Positions 1-9,500 of a stretch of 64,000 nucleotides of DNA are shown here, piece after piece. Under the pieces are notes generated by a model. That model saw nothing but the letters and a program-made list of their open reading frames with translations. It ran no database searches and was not told the origin of the DNA. Position numbers and translations under genes: made by a program. Position 1 is the first letter of the stretch. Each line of letters starts with the position of its first letter. The DNA comes from Alphaproteobacteria bacterium (GTDB lineage: Bacteria > Pseudomonadota > Alphaproteobacteria > MPNO01 > UBA830), in assembly GCA_965243135.1 (NCBI GenBank), contig OZ251539.1:224001-288000 (forward strand). The letters are read 5' to 3'.

Positions 1-5
1 AGGCG

Positions 6-1289
6 GTGACGGCGCGGCTGGAATCGCCGGGCGGCGGCGACGCGCTGGCGGACGCGACGGCGGCGCTGAAGGCGCATGAAGGCGCGCAGGACGCGGAGGA
101 GGGCCTCTCGTGGCGGAAGGTCGTGGCCGGGCGGACCTTCGCACTCGGGTTGGACGAAGGCGAAGGCGGCGGCGACCGCGGTTCCGGCGTGAGGGTGTGG
201 GCCAGCGGCGACCTGCGCTCGCTCTCCCTGGAGAAGAGCGCGCTCTCCTGGTCGGGCGAGTTGTTCGCGGCCCACGTGGGGGCGGATGCGGCGTTGGGCG
301 GCGGCTTCACGGGCGGCGTCGCCGCCTCGCGCTTCGAGAGCGCCATCGACTACACGGACAGGGGCGCGGCGGCGGCGGTCGCGGGCAGGCACGAGAGCCG
401 CATGACGGCGGTGCATCCCTATATCGGCCGGTCTTGGCCGGACGGCTCCCGCCTGTGGGCGGCGGCGGGCTACGGCGCGGGCGAGATCGAAATCGTGGAC
501 GAGGAGGTCGTGGAGCGCTTCGGAGTTCAGTCCGGCGACGCGGCGTTCCTGGCGGCGGGCGTGGGCGGCTCGGTGCGCGTGCTGGCGGAGGATGCGCTGG
601 CGCTCGATCTGAAGACCGCGCTGGAGGCCACGCGCTATTCGCTGTCGGACAACGGCTCGGCCCTCGCGGCGGTGACGGTGGAGACGCAACGTCTGCGGCT
701 TTCGGCGGAAGGGAGCCGGCTCTACGCGTTGGCGGGCGGCAGGTCGTTGGCGCCCGCGCTGGAGCTGGGCCTGCGTTGGGACGGCGGCGCCGGTGAGACG
801 GGCGCGGGCGTGGAACTGGGCGGCGGCTTCACCGTGACGGATCCGGCTTCCGGCCTCGAAGTGGAGGCGCGGGCGCGCGGTCTCGCGGCCCACGAGGGCG
901 CGCTCTCCGAGTGGGGCGCGGGCGGGGCGTTGCGGCTGAACGCCCGCGGCGACGGACGCGGACTTTCGCTCCGCCTGGAGCCCTCGTGGGGAGCGGCGGA
1001 GAGCGGCGCGGCCCGCCTCTGGGCGGACGGCATGGCCCGCACCGCTCCGGCGAGGGCCCCCGTCGCGCGGCTGGAAACCGAGCTCGGCTACGGCTTCGGC
1101 GCGGCGGGCGGCGCGGGCGTGCTGACGCCGTATGTGGGGGCGGGATTCGAGGGAGGTTCCCGCCGCTGGCGCGCAGGCGCCCGCTTGGGGTTGACCCCCG
1201 CCCTTTCCGTCGATCTCGAGGCGGACCGCCGCGAATCCCCCGCCACCACCGATCACAGCCTAAAACTCGAACTCCGCCTCAAGTGGTAG
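6..1289 (+). CDS. Autotransporter beta-barrel domain (C-terminal part; gene begins before the window)
   Basis: Amphipathic beta-strand pattern, ELGLRWDGG..ETG.GVELGGG and RLETELGYG motifs, terminal aromatic residue (LELRLKW). Confidence 0.85.
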   Translation: MTARLESPGGGDALADATAALKAHEGAQDAEEGLSWRKVVAGRTFALGLDEGEGGGDRGSGVRVWASGDLRSLSLEKSALSWSGELFAAHVGADAALGGGFTGGVAASRFESAIDYTDRGAAAAVAGRHESRMTAVHPYIGRSWPDGSRLWAAAGYGAGEIEIVDEEVVERFGVQSGDAAFLAAGVGGSVRVLAEDALALDLKTALEATRYSLSDNGSALAAVTVETQRLRLSAEGSRLYALAGGRSLAPALELGLRWDGGAGETGAGVELGGGFTVTDPASGLEVEARARGLAAHEGALSEWGAGGALRLNARGDGRGLSLRLEPSWGAAESGAARLWADGMARTAPARAPVARLETELGYGFGAAGGAGVLTPYVGAGFEGGSRRWRAGARLGLTPALSVDLEADRRESPATTDHSLKLELRLKW

Positions 1290-1515
1290 CACCCGGAAGG
1301 GAGGGGAACGCCCGTCTTCGTCCCCGTAGCGGCGGGCGTTCCGCATGGGCGCGCGCTTCGCCGCTGTCGGCTCCGTTCGCACGCGCCCCGACGAACCACG
1401 TCGTTGAACGCCGGAAGTCTTCCGCAAATGAGACGATCCGAGACCATGCGCGAAACGGAATCGGCGGAATCCTCCGAACGCTCCTGGAAATGCGGAATGC
1501 GGCTGGCGTACGCAA

Positions 1516-1618
1516 CGGGATGCCAACTTCGGACAAAAGTATCTGCGAATCCGAGTTTTAAAAATTCGAAAATTCCCCCCGTTTTCGAGGTCCGGCGGGA
1601 ACGCCCCTTTCAGATTCG
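1516..1618. repeat. About 103-bp direct repeat, copy 1
   Basis: cgggatgccaacttcggacaaaagtatctgcgaatccgagttt...cagattcg recurs nearly identically at 5966-6069. Confidence 0.9.
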
Positions 1619-2026
1619 GAACTCCTGACATGGCAACCAATAATCGATTGTCTCCGTTTATTGATTGTGAAGGTGACGTTGAATAATTGATTGAACGCCC
1701 GTCGAGGCGGGCATGCGGCGGTTGCGCCTCGCCTTCTTGTCCTAAAATGCAGTCTCGTCCGCGACGAAGGCCGCCCCCGTCCATCGTCGCGCCTTGCCCA
1801 AGGAGCGTCGAACGTCCAGTTAAAACAATGTCAGGAGGTCTGAAATTGAGCCGACCCGCGCCAGCGCAGCAGTCGTCAGAGAACGTCCTGCGTTGCCGCA
1901 GCAGCAAATGTCCGAAGTCCAGCCTTCCCATCATGCGCCGTTTTCGCCTCTCCGAGGCGCCTCGGCCATGTCGAACCGGTCAGGCGGCGTTGGACAATTC
2001 CGGTGGACGCGGGCTAGAGTCGCATC

Positions 2027-3259
2027 ATGCAAGCAGATCCGGTGTCTCATCAAGATACCTTGGCCACGGTCGCACTCGACCGGGAGTCGCTGCCGCAGTC
2101 CAGCCTGAATATCGAGCGGAGGGTGCGGACGAACCCCTTTCCTTGGGCCGGTCAGTTCTCGCCGCAACTCGTCGAGGAGTTGTTGGCCGCCTACGCGCCG
2201 AGCGGCGCCGTCGTTCTGGATCCCTTTGCAGGCTGCGGGACGACGCTTGTGGAGGCGGCGCGAATGGGGCTCGCGGCCTGCGGCAGCGAGCTGAATCCCG
2301 CCGCCATGATCCTCGCAAGAGTGTATCAGATGGTCAATGTGGACGAAGCCGCCCGCGCTGCGGCGCTCGACCGTCTCCGCGCCGACCTTCTGGAGACCGT
2401 CGGCACCTCCGCCGGACCGCTGTTCGGAGAACCCTCGAATCGCGCCAGGCTCGAAACCGGACTCGTCGCGCTCTGGCGCGACTCCAATCCCGGCGTCGCG
2501 CGAAACCTGGCGGCGGCGTTGGTGGTGCTGTGCGACTTTCACCGCGAGCGCCTGGACGCCGATACCGTTCTGAAGAGCTGGACGAGGCTCGACCATGCCG
2601 TGCGCAACCTGCCCCTGTCTCCGCGACCGGTGGTCGTCCACCACGCGGACGCAAGATCGCTTCCGTTCGAAGACGGTTCGATCGATCTCGCGCTGACGTC
2701 GCCGCCCTACATCAACGTCCACAATTACCATCAGAAGTTTCGCCGTTCCGTGGAAGCCATGGACTGGAACGTGCTGACCTTCGCGCGTTCCGAGATCGGA
2801 TCGAACCGCCAGAATCGGGCGAACCGGTTCCTGACCGTCATCCAGTATTCCCTGGACATGGCGCTGGCGTTGCGCGAGATGGCGCGGACCGCGAAAACCG
2901 GCGCCCGCCTGATCCTCGTTCTCGGACGCGAGTCTTCCGTGCGGGGCGCACGTTTCTTCAACGGCGAACTCGTCGCGAGAATCGCTCTTCGGAGCGTCGG
3001 CCTGGACCGGCGCCAGGAACGCGTGTTCCGCAACCGGTACGGGCTCCACATCTACGAGGACATCCTTCACTTTCGCGCGGGAAGCGGGCTTTGCGACGAG
3101 GCGTCGACGCTGGAGAACGCCCGGCGCATCGCGAAACAATTCCTTCTGGAAGCCCGATCCCGGGCGCCGGAAAAGGAGCGCCCGGGCATCGACGCCGCCG
3201 CGGCTTCCGCGGACTCGGTTTCGCCTTCTCCTGTATCCGCAAGTTTCTCGAATGCCTGA
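2027..3259 (+). CDS. Amino (probably N4-cytosine) DNA methyltransferase, alpha-type motif order
   Basis: Motif I VLDPFAGCGTT near the N-terminus, catalytic TSPPY later; overlaps the downstream endonuclease start. Confidence 0.88.
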   Translation: MQADPVSHQDTLATVALDRESLPQSSLNIERRVRTNPFPWAGQFSPQLVEELLAAYAPSGAVVLDPFAGCGTTLVEAARMGLAACGSELNPAAMILARVYQMVNVDEAARAAALDRLRADLLETVGTSAGPLFGEPSNRARLETGLVALWRDSNPGVARNLAAALVVLCDFHRERLDADTVLKSWTRLDHAVRNLPLSPRPVVVHHADARSLPFEDGSIDLALTSPPYINVHNYHQKFRRSVEAMDWNVLTFARSEIGSNRQNRANRFLTVIQYSLDMALALREMARTAKTGARLILVLGRESSVRGARFFNGELVARIALRSVGLDRRQERVFRNRYGLHIYEDILHFRAGSGLCDEASTLENARRIAKQFLLEARSRAPEKERPGIDAAAASADSVSPSPVSASFSNA

Positions 3260-4151
3260 CTTTCCGACGCCCCACGGCGACATGCTTCGCTCCCTGCTCC
3301 GCAACCGGAAACTGCCGGAGGGCGACCGCGCCGAAGTCCAGGAAGCGATCCACGACGCCCGCCGAGTGCGAGGCGGCGTCCGGAAGCGCGGAGGAAATCG
3401 TCCCGATTCTGACGTCATCGTTGAACCTGTATAAGGAGTATATCGATTGCCGGTTGGTGTTCGACAGCGAGCACGACTTTCTGTATCGGCAGAAAGGACA
3501 GCTCAAGCTCGACAACACGATACTGGAGGAATTCCTGCCCAGAATGGTCGGACGGGTGTTTTCCGATCGACTGCGGGAGCTCGGTCTGGTCATGGGACCG
3601 ACGAATTCTTTCTCCCATTTGCGCTTCGATTCCAGCATTTTGCTTCCGATGACCGGCGGCGGGATGGCATTGCGGTCGAAGGATCACGACTTCGCTCTGG
3701 CGCGCCCGCTGTTTCTGAGAGCGTCGCACGACGAAGACTTCGGCGAGCCGCGCGACGCCAGAACCCATCTCGCCTATGTCGCCGCCGAGATCAAGACGAA
3801 CCTCGACGAGACGATGTTCCAAGAAGCGAGCGGCACCGCCTCAAGCTCGCGCTGCCGAACTCGCGCTATTTCCTGTTGTGCGAGTGGCTGGACATGACCC
3901 CGATCAGCACAGCCGTCACGGCGATCGAGGAAGTCATCGTGCTCCGCAAGGCGCGGCGCTTGCCGTCCGATCTGCGACAGCGCTTCTCGACGGCGGCGGG
4001 CCGGAGAAGGCACCGGGAGGCGTTTCTTCGGCATCTGGCGGAAAACCCGTTCGCGCCCGAGGCGTTCGGACGCTTTCTGAGCCATGTGGAACGGTTGCTT
4101 GGAAACGGCGCCGGAAGCGAGCAGGATGCGCTGGAGCGCGGCTGGTTCTGA
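3252..4151 (+). pseudogene. Bpu10I-family restriction endonuclease, two frameshifts
   Basis: PTPHGD..L.N.KLP (frame of 3252), DFLYRQKGQLKLDNTILEEFLP...AEIKTNLDETMFQEA (second frame), YFLLCEWLDMTP (third frame). Confidence 0.82.
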
Positions 4152-4154
4152 ACG

Positions 4155-4447
4155 CAGCAATTCCCGCTAAGGTGGCCGTCCTTTGCGAAAGGCGCGTCGA
4201 GATAGCATCGTTACCGAGGGACCAGCCGCCGCGACACACCTTTCCCGCTTCGGTTTGCCGCCGACATAGCCTTGACCACCCTGCTTCCCCTGAAGAACCT
4301 GCTTTAGCACACTCGGTCACGATGCCGGGTCAGGAGGCGGGAACTCCTACTGCTTTCCGGTGTCCAAACGCGATCATTCGGTAGAGCACCTCCCAGTCCT
4401 TCAGGAAGTAGTTGAGGAACGATCTCCGCACCTTTTCCCAGAAGTAA
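4155..4447 (-). mobile_element. Isolated end of the DDE IS seen at 12300-13948 (TIR plus transposase 3' end)
   Basis: Starts cagcaattcccgctaagg; diverged match to 12300-12600. Confidence 0.88.
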
Positions 4448-4609
4448 CAAGTAGAGAATTTCTAAAATAATACCCCCATGGATGACAGGATGCTGCAGTC
4501 TGCTCCCTTGGGACGAGGAAATCTTGGGAGGTCAGCATGCCTTTTCAGAGCCGTCGGGTACTGCTGGAACTCACAGCGGATATTCGAGCGACGTTGGAAA
4601 CCGTCGGCC

Positions 4610-4700
4610 GGCCGTAGTCGAAGCGCTGCTGGACGCCGGCGCCGACCCCGGCGCGCGGAACCCTGTCGGCGACACGCCTGCGGATATAGCGAAGAAGAGG
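4610..4700 (+). pseudogene. Ankyrin-repeat gene relic
   Basis: AVVEALLDAGADPGARNPVGDTPADIA matches the ankyrin consensus; no intact gene around it. Confidence 0.6.
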
Positions 4701-4899
4701 GTGCCACCGAGGTGCGGCATATGCCGACGGTTGCTTGACGAGCCTCGCTCGGCCGCGGTAACGCGCCTTGAAGAAAAGCATGCCTGCTCGCCCGCCAGCC
4801 TCCGAGGCGACCCCGCTTCGGAGGTCGATCAGCGCCGTCGGGTGCGATCCTGTGTTCAAAAAATTCACCATGCTGCAGTATCCTGGATTTCACGGAATT

Positions 4900-5960
4900 T
4901 CAGACAGATCAAACGTGGTCCGCGTGAAAAATTTCGCCGACGCCGCTCGAAGGCGACAGGCAAATTTCCAGGAGGCGTCGCCGACCATTAGCGAGCAAGG
5001 GCGTCGCCCGTCGGACAACCAAGGCCAGCGCCACGGCCATCTTCTAGCCCTCGGCTACGGGGACGGGAACCTGTATCCATCTCTCCGAGGCGAGCCGGGA
5101 GTGCGCCGGTTCTTCAAAGAGCGTGGAATCAAGTGGCATAGAACTACCCGGAGCGGCGATTCGCCAGGTACGGACGGACCGATCCGCAACGTGACGAGCT
5201 CCCGCGTGCGTCAATTTCCTCCTGTCTCTCGCCGAGATTTCCGGCGCGAGAGCGGCCATGGTCCGTGCGAGGCGATATGAAGGATATCGTCGATATCCGC
5301 CGCGAGGGCACAGCAAATCCCGCTAAGGCTCTTGGAAAATATGGGGTTTCAGAAAAATTTTTCGCAGACTTTTCCGGGTAGTGCGATTCGCCTTCTCCGC
5401 GCCTTCCGGACATGCGCCCGCCTTTGCGGGAATTGCTGGCGAGGGCAGGACGTCGCCTGTCGAGTTCGAGTGGCCTCGAATGTTCGCTCGAAGGAGGCAC
5501 GAAACGGGGCGCCTACTGCACCAGCGTCGACGCCTTTGTCATTGTCAAAGCCGACGCGGCACGGCGCGCATACCTCATGGAATGGAAATACGCCGAAAAG
5601 CCCACGGTCAACAAAGTTGAAGAATGGCGGCGCAGGTATTCCGAACGCTACTCGGCCAAATCATCCGCGTTCAGCAACGTGGTCCCCATGGACGAACTAT
5701 TTTACGACCCTCAGCTTATGCGCTTTCGCTTTCTGGCGGACAGGATGATGACGAACGGGGAGCTCGGCGTCTCTGAAGCGAAAGTAGTTGTTGTCGTGCC
5801 GGAAGGGAACTCGGCCTATCGGGGACGGATCACCTCTCCGCCTCTGGCCAATCGGTTTCCGCATTTCAAATCCGTTTCGGAGGCAATGTGCGCCACGTTG
5901 AAACAGCCCGATTCGCGCGGGTTTTCCCTTCCCGGCTGCTCGGAGCTGTCGAGCGCGGTC
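4900..5960 (+). pseudogene. Putative PD-(D/E)XK restriction-endonuclease-like gene (PGN_0703-like), interrupted by a MITE and frameshifts; boundaries approximate
   Basis: FFKERGIKWH...NVTSS upstream of the MITE; TSVDA...LMEWKYAE and QLMR downstream. Confidence 0.6.
5311..5438. mobile_element. 128-bp MITE derived from the local DDE IS
   Basis: Termini cagcaaatcccgctaagg / cctttgcgggaattgctg; 9-bp target duplication GCGAGGGCA at 5302-5310 and 5439-5447. Confidence 0.93.
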
Positions 5961-5965
5961 GCGGT

Positions 5966-6069
5966 CGGGATGCCAACTTCGGACAAAAGTATCTGCGAAT
6001 CCGAGTTTCAAAAATTCGAAAATTCTCTCCGTTTTCGGGGTCCGGCGGGAAATGCCCCTTTCAGATTCG
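5966..6069. repeat. About 103-bp direct repeat, copy 2
   Basis: Matches 1516-1618. Confidence 0.9.
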
Positions 6070-6421
6070 AGCCGTGTGCGCTGTTCGCAACGCCTTGAAA
6101 TGCGGACAGCTTTCAGGAGTGCCGAATTTTTTCCTCGGGTACGGAAAACTGCGAATTCTCCGCGCCGGGACCGCGATTTTCGCAGATTCCACCCCACGGC
6201 CGGCCGGGCGCCGCCTCCTGGCCGCCTGCGTTCAGGCCACGGCCCGGCTCGCCCCGGGTTTGCGGCACGGTGCCGAAGTAACCAGATATTCGCTTTTTTC
6301 GTTCTGAAGACCGAGCGTCCGTGCGGCCCTTGCCGGACAGCTGGCGGGCAGGCGGAGCTGTCCGCGGGGTGCCGGCCGGGCGGCGGGCCGATAAAAATGG
6401 CATGGCGCAGACAGATTAGGG

Positions 6422-6451
6422 TTTACCCCCCCCCCCCCCGCCGCTTAAAAT
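6422..6451 (+). promoter_or_regulatory. Sigma70-like promoter with a C14 tract in the spacer
   Basis: TTTACC (6422-6427), 18 nt, TAAAAT (6446-6451); C14 at 6426-6439. Confidence 0.6.
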
Positions 6452-6549
6452 GGTCTTGGAGAATCATGGATTCCGTGACGGTGAGCATCCGTCTGAAGTT
6501 TGAACATCGCAGGGAAAGACCGATGGAGTTCGTGGAGGCGCAGGCGCGT

Positions 6550-9500
6550 ATGATCACGCTGTCGAAATCTGGAAGTCGAGAAAACAAGTCATTCAATAGT
6601 CGTATTGGTATGACCGCCATGGCCTTGGCGTTCCTCGCCTCCTTCCTCCTCGCGCCGGGGGATGCGCGGGGGTGCGCGAATAGCGGAACCGTATCGTCCA
6701 GCCAAGATTTCACCTGCAACAACGCGGCGTACCCCACCTCAATCCGCCGCGTGGTAGATAGCAACGCCAGCCTCACCATCCGCGTCCCAGGTGGCACCGG
6801 CACAGGCGGGACGGCGACCGTGATCACGGGGGAAGCCCATTGGCCGGGCATCGATATAGACGCCAGCGATAACTCCCAGACCGGCAACTATGCCATCCAT
6901 GTCGGCACGACGGGCGCCGTCAACATCGTGGACGACACCGGCAGCGGCAACGCGAGCCGCGGCATCCGGATACTTCAGGACGGCAGCGGCACGGCCACGG
7001 TGGACGTCGGGATGCAAGTGACCATCGGAACCTCGTCCTCCCGGATGCGCCAGCACGGCATCTATGTCCGAAGCAGCGGCAGCGGCGGCGCCGTCACGGT
7101 CACGAACGCCGGCACGATCTACGCCAGCTATGAGGGCCTGGACGTCAAGCATGACGGCCCCGGGACCACGACGGTCACGCACAGCGGCGCCGTCGACTCG
7201 TTGAACCATGGCATCTGGGTGCGGGCGGACGGCACGGGCCCCTTGATCGTCACCAGCAGCGGCAACGTCGCGGTGACGAACGCGAACCAGCAGGGCATCC
7301 GGATGGAAGCCGGCAACAACGGCGCCGCCATGACCCTCACGGCAACCGGCGGCACGGTCACGGCACCGGCTCAGGGCATCTACATGGAGAGCCGGGGCAC
7401 GGGCGCCGTCACGATCCAGGGCACGGCCGCGAGCGCCCCGACCCAGAGCGGCCCCACCATCACGTCGTCGGCGAGTCACGGCATCCACGTCCACAAGTCG
7501 GGGTCCAGCGCCACGGCAGGCAACATCTCGATTACCACCACCGGCGGCTCGATCACGCCCGCCGGGACGGGGAGCTTTTACGGCATCTACGTCCAGGACC
7601 ACGCCGGCTATAGCGGCAGCGTCGCCATCGACAACGCCGCCGACATCACGGCGAGCCAGGAGGCCATCCGTGTCGAGAGGCTGGGTTCCGGCGCCGTTTC
7701 CGTCACCAACAGCGGCGGCACCGTGTCGAGCTCGGCCCAGTCCGGCATCCTCGCCCAGAACGCGGCGAACGATGCCAGCACCGTGAGCGTCTCCATCATG
7801 GGCGGCACGGTGCAAACCACCGGCCCGGGCGTGCAGGCCATCAATGCCAGAAACCAAGGCACCGGCGACGTCGGCGTCGCCATCGCCGCCGGCGCCACGG
7901 TCATATCCAGGAACCATGCCGGCATTCTCGCGGGGCTGGGGAGCTACGCAGGCAGCCCCCGGATGACCATCGAACAGAACGGCGCCATCCTGGGCCGCAA
8001 GGGCGTCTATGCCCAGGTGGTCCACCACAGCACCGACGATCCGGTCGTGCCGCGCCAGCCGGCGGACCAGCCCGTGATCGACATCGCCTGGACGGGCACC
8101 TTCGCGGCGGGGACCACGGCCCAGACCGCCCCGGACGACAACGGCCGCTTCTCCGTGACGAGCGCCGTCAATGTGCCTGTCTTCGCCCGGTCGGCGGTGG
8201 TCGGCGAGGCCAGCGGCGGCCTCTATGACGGGGCGGCGGGCATCGAGGCCCAGGTCATGTCCTCGTTCACTGTGGCGGCGCAGGTGGCGGAGGGCGACGA
8301 CCCGGGCGCGTTCGCCAACAACGCGGCGCAGCTGACGGCCGTGCCGACGACCGCCACCGCCAGCAACAACGACTACGTCGCGCAGTTCCGGGCGGCGTTT
8401 GGGAACGAGCAGCTCGCGATCGCGCCGGCGGTCTTCACCGCCATCGGCACCACCGCCACCACGAGCGCGGCCGACCTGACCGACGCCCAGATCGTGACCT
8501 ATCTGCGGGGGGACAACAACGCCGTCCGAGACCTGCTGCGCAATCTGCTGCGCCGGACTCTCTCGGATAAGGAGAAGGCGGTGCTGGCGGCGTTGGCGAC
8601 CGGCGACGGCGACGGGCTGACCGCCGCGCTGGACGATACGGAGGCGGGGTTCTCCAACGCCTACAAGACGGCGGTGCGGGCGCTGCTGAACCGCTACCAC
8701 GTCGGCAACATCGACGTCGCCATGACCGGCGGTTCCATCGATTCGCGCGGCGACGGCATCCGCGCCTACTACGCGACGCCCAACGCCAACAACGGCGCCA
8801 TCAGCGTCACCGTTGCCGATGGCGCGAGCGTGACCGGCGCCAGGGCCGGCATCCACGTCGCGAACGCGGGCGCCATGGGAACGGGTGCCGAGCGCATCCT
8901 GAAGCAGACCGTCGAGGTGAACGGCACGGTGACGGGCGGGACGGACGCGGCCGTGCGTCTCGTGGGCGGCGGCACGCTGACGGTCGGCCGGACGGGCGTG
9001 CTGATCGCCGGCTCTTCGGGGCGGGCGATTTGGGCCAGCGGGCGGGCGGTCATTCGCATCGACAACGAGGTGCGCGGCGGCCGCGGCGGCGGGGCCGAAG
9101 CGGTGCCTGCGGTGCATCTGACCGGCGCCAACAGCAGGCTGACGGTCGGCCCGGCGGGACGCATTGTGCGCGCTGACGGGGCCGAACTCGCGATCCGGCG
9201 AGACGGCGCGGGGACCAGGTTGATTGCGATCCAGGATCCCGCCCTCGCCCTCGCGGACGGCAGGTTCACGCAAGCGAGCGTCGACGACGCGATCGTGCGG
9301 CTGGGCGGCACCGTCGGCGGCGGCGGAACCGGCAACATCGAGGTCGCCGCGGGTGAGCCGGACAATCCGAACCTCCCCAGCGGCGTAGTTTTAACTCTTC
9401 CCGACGGCGAAATCGCTCTGGAACCTGGTTCCGGGTACAGCGAATTGCCGGTAGATAGGTCACAGCCGGAGCCGCAGCAGCCGGAGCCGCAGCAACCGGA

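Noticed and set aside
1687-3897. 736-aa ORF as a real fusion protein
   Set aside because: Arg-rich shadow frame of the MTase; only its last about 170 codons are the middle piece of the broken nuclease
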